A stretch of 46,635 bases of DNA, from sequence record SRR22947727_6040. The stretch is one strand, 5' to 3'. The first letter of the stretch is position 1. Each line of letters opens with the position of its first letter. This document shows, piece by piece, positions 15,455-23,989 of this stretch. The notes beneath the pieces are model-generated. The model did no database searches, was not told the DNA's origin, and saw only the letters and a list, made by a program, of their open reading frames with translations. The position numbers and the translations under genes are program-made.

Positions 15455-16204
15455 TTGAATTCGACCGCGCGTTGCTTCGCGAGCCTTGCGAGCCATGTCC
15501 GCCACATCCCGGCGCACCTGTTCTGACTGTGCCTCCCGCACGCGACGATCGGCGATCACTCGAGCCGGGACTCCGCCGACGATGGGGAATTCGGGAATGT
15601 CTCCACGCACCAGCGCGTGCGCTCCCACCACACACCCACGCCCGACGAAACTTCCGCGGAGGATGGTCGATTTCACACCCAGCCACACGTCCGGGCCGAT
15701 GATGACCGGACTCTTCACGAGCCCTTGCGAGCGAATTGGCACGTGGGTCACGTCCATTCGATGATCGAAGTCCCCGACGTACACCGAGTCCGCAACGATG
15801 CATTCATCACCGATCTCTACGTCCAGGTGACAGTTCATCGTGTTGTTCTGACCAAAAACACATTTGTCACCGATACGCAGCGTCCCCTCGTGGCACCGAA
15901 CCACCGTGCCGCTTCCCAGATGCACCCAGCGACCGACAATGACCCGACCGACGCGATGCCGAACTTCGAAACGCGCACCCCGGCCAAGAAAAACGGGGCC
16001 GGTGAATGTCACCCCGCGCGTGAACACCACCACACGCAAGAACCTCACGTACCGGATGAGATACCAAGGACTGAAAGCTCGCTTGTCGATGATCCATCGC
16101 AGTGTTGCCCATCCCCACCATCGCCACGGGTGCGCCTCGGATATATCTTCCCGCGCCGGCTCGACCGCGGGGTCGGGCACGTGATTCGACGTCTCACTGG
16201 ACAT
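15431..16204 (-). CDS. Hexapeptide-repeat (left-handed beta-helix) acyltransferase (Rv3034c-like)
   Basis: IGDKCVFG, IGDECIVA, DFDH, IGPDVWLG, VGGVPARVI; start uncertain (16204 or 16234). Confidence 0.85.
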   Translation of the reverse strand: MSSETSNHVPDPAVEPAREDISEAHPWRWWGWATLRWIIDKRAFSPWYLIRYVRFLRVVVFTRGVTFTGPVFLGRGARFEVRHRVGRVIVGRWVHLGSGTVVRCHEGTLRIGDKCVFGQNNTMNCHLDVEIGDECIVADSVYVGDFDHRMDVTHVPIRSQGLVKSPVIIGPDVWLGVKSTILRGSFVGRGCVVGAHALVRGDIPEFPIVGGVPARVIADRRVREAQSEQVRRDVADMARKAREATRGRIQLRDANRV

Positions 16205-17471
16205 CGAACAACAGGTTTCCGTTGATTTCGACATCGTCCACCCACGCCCCTACCGCTTGTCGTGCACCACTCCCCCAGGTAAGGGCGTTCGCCTGAGTGG
16301 CCCGGTACTCGCTCACGATGCGCTCGGTGATCGAGGCCCATCCGTGCTCGGCGAGCACACGGCTTTGGGCTCGATCCGCTCGTGCACGAGATTCCTGAGC
16401 GTCGTTGACACACGAGATAACCGCATTGGCGAGTTCGCGTGCGTTGCCGGCGTCGAATGACCACCCGTGCCGATCGTTGTCCAAAAACTCCGCGAGGCCA
16501 CCCGCCCTCGACGCGACGACCGGCGTTCCCAGAACGGCGGCTTCCAGCGCAACCATGCCGAACGGTTCGTAGATCGATGGGACGACGGCGACGTCAGCGT
16601 CTCGCACCAGAGCTCGTAGTGGAGCATCCGCAAGCCAGCCGGTGAAATCCACTTGCGATGCGACGTTCTTGTCGTGGGCCAGTTCTTTCAGCGCCTCCTG
16701 CTGAGATCCGCGCCCCGCAACCACGAGGTGAACGTCGGGAAATGCGTGGTGGATGAAGGGCATCGCTTCGATCACCGTGTGTGCACCCTTCTCCCACTCC
16801 AACCGCCCGGTGTGGACGATGAGTGGACGCCCCTGCCGCATGACGATGGGTGCGGCTGCATTCATGTCGACGAGAGCGGGCGGCGAAGCGATGCCGTTCG
16901 GGATGACGGCCACATCCGACAGGCCGAACAGGCGCTCGACCTCCCACTTCATGTGCCTGCTGCACACCAGGATCCGATCCGCGTGATCCACCGACCACTG
17001 TTCAACGCTGTGAATGGTGCGAGAGAGGCCATTAGGTAACCACCCTTGATGACGGCCGGCCTCGGTCGCATGAATGGTGTGCACCCACGGAACACCGATC
17101 TCCTCGGTCACCGTGGCCGCAGCGCGAGCGGTAAGCCAGTCATGAGCGTGTAAAACGTCTGGCTTCCAGGTTCGATCCAGGTGCAAAGCCCGTCGTGTCA
17201 TGGCCGATTCCAGGCCCGAGACCCAGCCCATGAGCGTCTCCGCATCGAAGGGAACAAACGGGGCATCTCGAGCAACACGGATGACCCTCACTCCCTCCAC
17301 CAGCTCGTCGACTTCTTCCGCGGTGGCATCGTCAACGGTCATTCCCACGTGCGAGATCACCGTTACGTCGTGGCCATCTCGCGCCTGCTGGGCTGCCACG
17401 GCATGGACGTGACGTCCCAGGCCGCCATACACGACAGGCGGGAACTCCCACGACAGATGACAAATACGCAC
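16194..17471 (-). CDS. GT4 glycosyltransferase (Rv3032-like alpha-1,4-glucosyltransferase)
   Basis: SWEFPPVVYGGLGRHV, HAHDW, TIHATEAGRHQGW, GRLEWEKG, PSIYEPFGMVALE. Confidence 0.9.
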   Translation of the reverse strand: MRICHLSWEFPPVVYGGLGRHVHAVAAQQARDGHDVTVISHVGMTVDDATAEEVDELVEGVRVIRVARDAPFVPFDAETLMGWVSGLESAMTRRALHLDRTWKPDVLHAHDWLTARAAATVTEEIGVPWVHTIHATEAGRHQGWLPNGLSRTIHSVEQWSVDHADRILVCSRHMKWEVERLFGLSDVAVIPNGIASPPALVDMNAAAPIVMRQGRPLIVHTGRLEWEKGAHTVIEAMPFIHHAFPDVHLVVAGRGSQQEALKELAHDKNVASQVDFTGWLADAPLRALVRDADVAVVPSIYEPFGMVALEAAVLGTPVVASRAGGLAEFLDNDRHGWSFDAGNARELANAVISCVNDAQESRARADRAQSRVLAEHGWASITERIVSEYRATQANALTWGSGARQAVGAWVDDVEINGNLLFDVQ

Positions 17472-18451
17472 TACGGCTTCACCCCGGTCACGCCTACGTT
17501 GTAGAAGAATCCGTCAGGGACGACGGCGGAGAGGACGTTGCGGTCGAGAGCGTTCAATCGTTGCCACCCTCGATAGGCAAAGTTCGCCCACGACCAACCG
17601 AGCACACCCGGCTTCACCGCTGCCTCGAAGGTGCGCACCGGCCATCCGAACCACGCTGCCGTCAACTCTTCCGTGCACGTACGAACATCCACCGCACCAG
17701 CTCTCATGCAGGCCGCTGCAAGACGCTCCGGATCGAACGTATGCAGGTCGACGATCGCCTCCAACGCCTCTTCGCGTGACGATAAGGCGAGTTCCCCGGA
17801 CGACCTCGCCCAGTTGTTGGGCACCAGCGGCACGGCAGCAGCAAAACGCGCAGACCACCACGTGATCCGGGACAGGCGACGGGCAACCAAGTCCCCCTTG
17901 CGGGTTGGCTCGCCACACACGACGAAACGCCCACCCGGGCGCAGCACCCGCATGATCTCCCGCAGCGCCTGATCGACGTCGGGAATGTGATGGAGAAAGG
18001 CGTGACCAACGACGAGGTCGAAAGACGCATCATCGAAAGGCAGTTCCTCTACATCGGCGACCTGTCCCGAGACCTGCAGACCTAACTGCTCCGCGTTACG
18101 TACCGCCTGATCAACCATGCCCTGGGAAATGTCGGTCACGGTCCCCGACGTCGCGACACCCGATTGCATCAGGTTCAGCAGAAAGAAGCCCGTACCGCCA
18201 CCGATCTCCAGTGCGGTCTCCACGGGGAGGTGCATTTGATCGCCAACGAGGCGATCGAAGATATCTCGCGCGTACTCGATACACCGACCGTCGTAGGAAA
18301 TGCTCCACTTGTCGTCGTAGGTTGCCGCTTCCCAGTCGTGGTAGACGACATTCGCCAACTTCGGATCACTCCAGGCAGCGTCCAGAGCGTCAACCGGCGT
18401 CACGACGTCACTCACTGCGTCACTCACTGCGTCGCCCATGTCGTTCGTCAT
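17471..18451 (-). CDS. Class I SAM-dependent methyltransferase (Rv3038c-like)
   Basis: LANVVYHDWEAATYDDKWSISY, LEIGGGTGFF, GHAFLHHIPD, VDLHTFDP. Confidence 0.85.
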   Translation of the reverse strand: MTNDMGDAVSDAVSDVVTPVDALDAAWSDPKLANVVYHDWEAATYDDKWSISYDGRCIEYARDIFDRLVGDQMHLPVETALEIGGGTGFFLLNLMQSGVATSGTVTDISQGMVDQAVRNAEQLGLQVSGQVADVEELPFDDASFDLVVGHAFLHHIPDVDQALREIMRVLRPGGRFVVCGEPTRKGDLVARRLSRITWWSARFAAAVPLVPNNWARSSGELALSSREEALEAIVDLHTFDPERLAAACMRAGAVDVRTCTEELTAAWFGWPVRTFEAAVKPGVLGWSWANFAYRGWQRLNALDRNVLSAVVPDGFFYNVGVTGVKP

Positions 18452-18468
18452 CTTGTCGGTCGCCGTCC

Positions 18469-19260
18469 TCAGCGACCAGTGAACTCGGCTTTGCCGGGTC
18501 CGTTCTCCAGGAATGACTCCATGCCGATTCTTTGATCGTCGGTGGCGAACAGTGCCGCGAACTGCACTCGTTCGATCTGAAGTCCCGTATCCAAATCCAC
18601 ATCGAGTCCCGCATCGATAGCCGCCTTCGCCGCCTGCATGGCAATCCGCGGTCCCTTCGCTAGAGCCTTCGCCCAGGTCAGTGCTTCGGAGTGAACATCA
18701 TCCGGAGCACACACCCGATCGACAAGGCCGATCGCAAGCGCTTCGTCCGCCCCCACGAATCGACCGCTGAAAACAAGATCCTTGGCGCGTGCGGGTCCGA
18801 TGAGGCGCGGCAGACGTTGGGTTCCGCCTGCGCCCGGAATAATGCCGAGGGCAATCTCGGGTTGGCCGACCTTCGCGTTGTCGCCGGCGACCCGGAAGTC
18901 GCAACACATAGCCAACTCCAGACCACCTCCGAGGGCGTACCCGGTGATCGCCGCGATGGTGGGTTGGGGGATCTGGGCGACAGTCGAAAAGGCGCTGCGA
19001 AGACCACGCGAGCGGTGCACCATGTCGACGTAGCCCATCGTCGACATCTCGGCGATATCTGCACCCGCGGCGAAAACTTTCGGGCCGCCGTAAACGATGA
19101 CGGCGCCGATCGATGCGTCTTCGGAAACCATCTCAGCCGCCTGCCGGATCTCTGCTTGCACCGTGGCGTTCAGGGCATTCATGGGTGGACGCTGCAGCGT
19201 GATCGTCGCGACGTCCGCTTCAACGCTCACGTTCACGAACTCACCATCGAAATCTGCCAT
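18469..19260 (-). CDS. Enoyl-CoA hydratase/isomerase (EchA17-like)
   Basis: RPPMNAL, FAAGADI, ALGGGLELA, QPEIALGIIPGAGGTQRL. Confidence 0.93.
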   Translation of the reverse strand: MADFDGEFVNVSVEADVATITLQRPPMNALNATVQAEIRQAAEMVSEDASIGAVIVYGGPKVFAAGADIAEMSTMGYVDMVHRSRGLRSAFSTVAQIPQPTIAAITGYALGGGLELAMCCDFRVAGDNAKVGQPEIALGIIPGAGGTQRLPRLIGPARAKDLVFSGRFVGADEALAIGLVDRVCAPDDVHSEALTWAKALAKGPRIAMQAAKAAIDAGLDVDLDTGLQIERVQFAALFATDDQRIGMESFLENGPGKAEFTGR

Positions 19261-19425
19261 CGGATATCCCTCACTTGCGACGCGACGTACGACTCTCTCG
19301 ATCGAACTGGTCCTTCGCCGTATGAGCGTAGCCCTCGGTCTGATTCACCGATTCTCTCGTCATCTCCCGTCGTCTCTCGTCGCAGGCGTTCGGGTGAGAA
19401 CCCGTGCGCACTAGGGTTCGTGGTC

Positions 19426-20424
19426 ATGGAATTTCGGCACCTCGGGCGCAGTGGACTGAAGATCAGCGCCCTGACTTACGGCAACTGGATTACGCACGGC
19501 TCGCAGGTCGACGACACCACCGCGCACGCGACGATCCACGCCGCACTGGATGCGGGAATCACGACGTTCGACACTGCGGACGTCTATGCCGGCACCCGAG
19601 CCGAAGAGGTCATGGGTGCAGCACTTCGCGGCCAACGACGCGAGGGAGTGGAGATCTTCACGAAGGTCTACTGGCCCACCGGACCGGGTGTGAACGATCG
19701 TGGCCTGTCTCGCAAACACATCATGGAGTCTTGCGAGGCCTCGCTTCGACGCCTGCAGACCGACTACGTGGACCTCTACCAGGCACACCGCTACGACTAC
19801 AGCACCCCGCTCGAGGAGACCCTGCGCGCCTTCGACGATCTTGTTCGTCAGGGCAAGGCGCTCTACGTCGGGGTGTCGGAGTGGACGGCGGGCGAGATTC
19901 GCGAAGCCACGCGGATCGCCGCCGACATGGGATTCGACCGGATCATCAGCAACCAGCCTCAGTACTCGATGCTCTACCGAGTGATCGAAGCGGAGGTAGT
20001 GCCAGCATGCGACGAACTCGGCATCGGACAAATCGTGTGGTCGCCGATGGCTCAGGGGGTTCTCACCGGAAAGTACGAGCCCGGGCAGCAACCACCACCG
20101 GGGTCACGCGCGTCCGGGGGTGAAGGCGCATCGATCATCGAGCGGTGGATGCGTGATGAAGTCCTTCATGCGGTTCAGCGACTAGCCCCCATCGCCCGCG
20201 ACATGGATCTCACCTTGTCGCAATTGGCCATCGCCTGGGTGCTTACGAACCCCAACGTGGCCGCGGCGATCATCGGCGCCTCTAGGCCCGAGCAGATAGA
20301 CGAGAACGTCAAGGCAGCGGGCATCACTCTGCCCGACGACGTCATGAGTGCGATCGACTATGCCCTCGGAGATCTCGTCATCAACGATCCGAGCCTGACC
20401 AAGTCGCCGAACCCACGCCCGTAG
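19426..20424 (+). CDS. Aldo/keto reductase (Kv-beta-like)
   Basis: MEFRHLGRSGLKIS, FDTADVY, IFTKVY, DLYQAHR, QPQYSML, WSPMAQG; start corrected from the 18691 ORF. Confidence 0.93.
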   Translation: MEFRHLGRSGLKISALTYGNWITHGSQVDDTTAHATIHAALDAGITTFDTADVYAGTRAEEVMGAALRGQRREGVEIFTKVYWPTGPGVNDRGLSRKHIMESCEASLRRLQTDYVDLYQAHRYDYSTPLEETLRAFDDLVRQGKALYVGVSEWTAGEIREATRIAADMGFDRIISNQPQYSMLYRVIEAEVVPACDELGIGQIVWSPMAQGVLTGKYEPGQQPPPGSRASGGEGASIIERWMRDEVLHAVQRLAPIARDMDLTLSQLAIAWVLTNPNVAAAIIGASRPEQIDENVKAAGITLPDDVMSAIDYALGDLVINDPSLTKSPNPRP

Positions 20425-20465
20425 TCCGACCACGCGAGCACACGAACACCAACCAGGAGGAAGTC

Positions 20466-20669
20466 ATGGGATGGACCTGGACCTACGCAAACGAATCCGG
20501 CACCGCCGTGTCCCCCGATTCGGGCACGGGCGAAACGTTCGCCAATCAAGCCGACGCCGAGTCCTGGATCGGTGAGAATTTTCGAGCGCTGCTGGAGGAG
20601 GGAGTCGACACCGTCACACTGCTCGAAGACGGGTCGGTGACCTATGAGATGAGCCTGCACCCGGAGTAG
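20466..20669 (+). CDS. Small conserved actinobacterial hypothetical protein
   Basis: Strong AGGAGG SD; WTW...F..QADAESWIGE...L...G...YEMSL pattern typical of an actinobacterial small-protein family. Confidence 0.8.
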   Translation: MGWTWTYANESGTAVSPDSGTGETFANQADAESWIGENFRALLEEGVDTVTLLEDGSVTYEMSLHPE

Positions 20670-20753
20670 TCCACGTTTCAACCACGCCGGATACTCAGCA
20701 TCCTTTGACATGAGTACCGGTGCCGTGGTCGGATTCGGCTACAACTGAATGCA

Positions 20754-20890
20754 CGCGTTCGACGTCCAGGGGAAGTCGGTGCAAATCCGACGCTGTCCCG
20801 CAACCGTGAGTTCATCGAGGCCCGAGTCTCGAATTGAGCGAGTCGGAGCACCTGGCGAGCGCGAGCGGCTCCATCCGTCGAGGTAACGGG
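20754..20890 (+). ncRNA. Cobalamin (B12) riboswitch
   Basis: AGGGGAAGTCGGTGCAAATCCGACGCTGTCCCGCAACCGTGA core; GAGTCGGAGCACCTGG B12-box-like segment; P1 CGCGTTCG/CGAGCGCG; P13 hairpin TCCGT-CGAGGTA-ACGGG; upstream of ECF operon. Confidence 0.92.
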
Positions 20891-20917
20891 ACGAGTCCAC
20901 GGGATCACCCTGACGCG

Positions 20918-20948
20918 TCTCTCATGCCCAAGCATGAGGGATTTTTTT
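20918..20948 (+). terminator. Intrinsic terminator in riboswitch leader
   Basis: 10-bp stem TCTCTCATGC/GCATGAGGGA (one G-U), CCAA loop, followed by T7. Confidence 0.85.
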
Positions 20949-21003
20949 GTCGGGCGGTCGACCGAGACAGCGCTCCGGACCGCTCAACAGAAGAGAGATA
21001 CCC

Positions 21004-22044
21004 GTGATTACTCAAGTTTCTGTCCCCACCCGGGTTGGCAGGAGTGTCCTTGCGGCACTGGGCACCCTTTCGCTTTCCGCCGCTGTGCTCACAGCCCCGG
21101 CCCACGCAGCCGATACCGGACTGTTTGGAACTCAAGACGCAACGTACGACGGCGTCTACCGTCAATCGCTGGCGGTCGCAGGGCTAGCTGCCGCCGATGC
21201 GCGCATTCCCGCTGCCGCGGTCGACTGGTTGCTGGATCAGCAATGTGCCGACGGATCGTTCGAGGCGTTCCGGCCGAACACATCGACCCCTTGCTCCCCC
21301 TCCGATCCGAAGAACTTCTCCGGTCCGAATACCAACAGCACAGCGATGGCGGCCATCGCGTTGTACTTGGCCGGTCGAACCGCACCTGCACGCGACGCCA
21401 TCGTGTGGCTGAACGACGTGCAGAACGACGATTGGGGCTTTCCTTTCCACGCCGGTGGCGCATCCGATGCCAACTCCACCGCCTTGTCGGTCATGGCATT
21501 ACAGACTGTCCAACCACAGGACCGAAGCGGACGCGTTCCGAACGCCCAGAAGTGGCTCGGCACACTGAAATTGAAGTGCGCCAGCGGTGGCGGGCTCGCA
21601 TATCAAAAGGGCAGTAAGGCAAACGGGCTCGCGTCAGCTCAGGGGCTTATGGGTCTGGCCGGAGCTCTGCCCGTATCCGCCCAAGACGACCTCACCGCCG
21701 ATCCCACCTGCCGCAAGCAAAACACCAACGCCAATGTCGGAGCGTTCGTGGCTACGGCCATCGACGACGACGGTGCCTTGACGTCCGACTTCGGCTCCGG
21801 TGCCGACTACACGTCCACGGGCTGGGCCTTGCTGGGCCTCACGGCCTTCGGCGCCGGTTCCTCCGCGGTTCCGACAGCGCTATCGACCTTGCAGGACAAC
21901 GCGCGCTCCTACGCCTACGCCGACAACGAGGTAGTGCCGGGCGCGGTGGGGCTCCTGCTGCTCGTGGCCGAGGCGACCGATAGCAATCCGCGCGACTTCG
22001 GGGGCGTCAACCTCGTTCGCGCAGTGAGCCGCAGCCTGCAGTGA
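21004..22044 (+). CDS. Secreted prenyltransferase/squalene-oxidase-repeat (alpha/alpha barrel) protein, putative B12-binding
   Basis: Signal peptide ending PAHA-A; WLLDQQCADGSF, WLNDVQNDDWGF, NSTA repeats; first gene under B12 riboswitch; GTG 21004 after AAGAGAG. Confidence 0.8.
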   Translation: MITQVSVPTRVGRSVLAALGTLSLSAAVLTAPAHAADTGLFGTQDATYDGVYRQSLAVAGLAAADARIPAAAVDWLLDQQCADGSFEAFRPNTSTPCSPSDPKNFSGPNTNSTAMAAIALYLAGRTAPARDAIVWLNDVQNDDWGFPFHAGGASDANSTALSVMALQTVQPQDRSGRVPNAQKWLGTLKLKCASGGGLAYQKGSKANGLASAQGLMGLAGALPVSAQDDLTADPTCRKQNTNANVGAFVATAIDDDGALTSDFGSGADYTSTGWALLGLTAFGAGSSAVPTALSTLQDNARSYAYADNEVVPGAVGLLLLVAEATDSNPRDFGGVNLVRAVSRSLQ

Positions 22045-22790
22045 CCACTCGGGGAGCGACGCCGACACATCGGTTGATCAGTGCTCTGGCCTTGATCACG
22101 GTGCTGATGGTCGGCGTCGCTACTCCGTCCGCGATCGCAACCACCACCGCCCGCTACTGGTCCTACTGGTTCGTCGACGCCGGGACGTCACCTGAATGGG
22201 GATACGCATCGGAAGGGGCCGGGACTCGCGTCCCCGCCGACGGCTCGGTGGAAGGCTGGCGCTTCGGATTGGCCGGTCAGATGTCCGACATCAAGCCGTC
22301 TGTCGATCCCGACTTCGAGTCGATCTGCGCGGGAACCGAGCGTCAGGACGACGCCAAGCGCGTCGGGCTCGTGATCGACCCCGGCACAATCGACCAGTCA
22401 CCCGACGGTGAGCAACCCGGCGCACTCGTGGTCACCTGCGTCGTCATTGCTGAATCCGCGACCGGACTGGCGATCGCGCAAGCCGTCGCCGACCTGCGAG
22501 TCGATTCCGGTTTCGTGTGCGGGATCGACGGTTATCCGGCGAGCGAGTGCGCGCCATTGGTCGAGGTCCCCACTACTTCCCGTGCGGATGACGCATCGCC
22601 ACGACAATCCGAAGGGGTCGAGAACGTCGATCAGGGCGACACTGCGTCCGGAGTTATTGACCCCCCCGACGCCGCACCCGCACCAGAGACGTCCCCCGGA
22701 ACACCGATCGCCGCGGCGCTCACCGTGTCGGTTTTCGCGGTGGTCGGCTTCGCGCTCTGGCGCCGGTCTCGACGGGCGGCGACGCCATGA
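22041..22790 (+). CDS. SCO2322-family exported, membrane-anchored protein
   Basis: Signal peptide, RYWSYW...WGYASEG...PADGSVEGWRF, CGIDGYPASEC, acidic linker, C-terminal TM plus RRSRR. Confidence 0.8.
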   Translation: MTTRGATPTHRLISALALITVLMVGVATPSAIATTTARYWSYWFVDAGTSPEWGYASEGAGTRVPADGSVEGWRFGLAGQMSDIKPSVDPDFESICAGTERQDDAKRVGLVIDPGTIDQSPDGEQPGALVVTCVVIAESATGLAIAQAVADLRVDSGFVCGIDGYPASECAPLVEVPTTSRADDASPRQSEGVENVDQGDTASGVIDPPDAAPAPETSPGTPIAAALTVSVFAVVGFALWRRSRRAATP

Positions 22791-23989
22791 CGGCACCCAC
22801 GGCGACCACGGGCGCCAGCCAAACAACCGTGCCCAACCTCGCACGAGATGACCGATCCCGGTGGCTGCACCCGCTGGCGTGGTGGGCCTGGGCTCTGGGT
22901 GTCGCGGCCGCGGCCAGCATGACCACGAACCCGCTGCTCCTACTCGGACTGATTACCTGCACAGCCGTTGTGGTCGATCGTCGGCGCTCCGATGCTCCCT
23001 GGGCGCGATCGTTTGGGTTCTTCCTTCGGCTCGCACTCATCGTCGTCGTGTTTCGACTCGTCGCACAGATTCTGTTCGTCGCGCCGATGGGAACCACGGT
23101 GCTGCTCGAGCTGCCCGGGATCACGCTGCCCTCGTGGCTCGCCGGCATCCGCCTCGGCGGCACGCTCATGCTCGAACCCGCACTGCGTGCCCTCTACGAG
23201 GGCCTTCGCCTGGCCGCGATCATCGTCGCGGTGGGGGCCGCTAGTTCGCTCGCCTCGCCCCATCGATTGCTGAAGTCGATACCCGCAGCGGTGTACGAAG
23301 TCGGTGTCAGCGTTGTGGTGGCCACGACTTTTCTTCCTCAACTCGCCAGTGACGTGACTCGCATCCGTGCCAATCGGCGGCTGCGTGGACGCGCGGATTC
23401 GGGGCTGCGAGGAATAGGCGGAACCGTCATGCCCGTCCTGCACGGAGCCTTGGATCGATCGATCGCGCTCGCCGCTGCCATGGACTCTCGTGGGTACGGC
23501 CGGTCAGCGACCGTTAGCCGCGCGCGGTCTCGACTGACGACGACCGTGTTCATCGTCGGCCTCGCGGCCATCGCGATCGGTACATACGGAGTTCTCGGAA
23601 CCGGATCAGTTGCCACCTGGGGGGCAGGAATCTTGATCGCGGGAGTGGTGTGCGTGGTCGTGGGTGTGTCGCTCGCCGGTCGCCGAAGTCTTCGCACGCG
23701 CTACCGCCCCAATGCGTGGCACCGGCCTGACGTACTCACTGCGCTCACTGGCGGCATCGTCGCTGCGACGTTCGTGATCGCGTCCGTTCAGGACTCCGCG
23801 GGCATGAACCCATCGACGTCACCGCCGCTATGGCCGACACTTCCGGTCCTTGCCCTCATCGGCCTGGTAGCAGCACTGACTCCGGCGTACCTGACTCCCC
23901 CACCACCATCGGTCGGGCCACCATCGGTCGGGCCCGCGATCGATCTCGACCCGGCCAGGGTCGACCCGCCAGGGCGGGGCGAGTCATGA
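22787..23989 (+). CDS. ECF transporter transmembrane T component (CbiQ/EcfT)
   Basis: LHPLAWW, multiple TM helices, RRLRG and AMDSRGYG coupling-helix motifs. Confidence 0.9.
   Translation: MTAPTATTGASQTTVPNLARDDRSRWLHPLAWWAWALGVAAAASMTTNPLLLLGLITCTAVVVDRRRSDAPWARSFGFFLRLALIVVVFRLVAQILFVAPMGTTVLLELPGITLPSWLAGIRLGGTLMLEPALRALYEGLRLAAIIVAVGAASSLASPHRLLKSIPAAVYEVGVSVVVATTFLPQLASDVTRIRANRRLRGRADSGLRGIGGTVMPVLHGALDRSIALAAAMDSRGYGRSATVSRARSRLTTTVFIVGLAAIAIGTYGVLGTGSVATWGAGILIAGVVCVVVGVSLAGRRSLRTRYRPNAWHRPDVLTALTGGIVAATFVIASVQDSAGMNPSTSPPLWPTLPVLALIGLVAALTPAYLTPPPPSVGPPSVGPAIDLDPARVDPPGRGES

Noticed and set aside
18691-19425. Apparent 245-aa N-terminal extension of the aldo/keto reductase
   Set aside because: Overlaps echA antisense; the family N-terminus and -10 box point to ATG 19426
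21004-22044. Squalene-hopene cyclase or terpene biosynthesis gene
   Set aside because: Half the size, has a signal peptide, no DxDD motif, and lies in a B12-riboswitch transport operon
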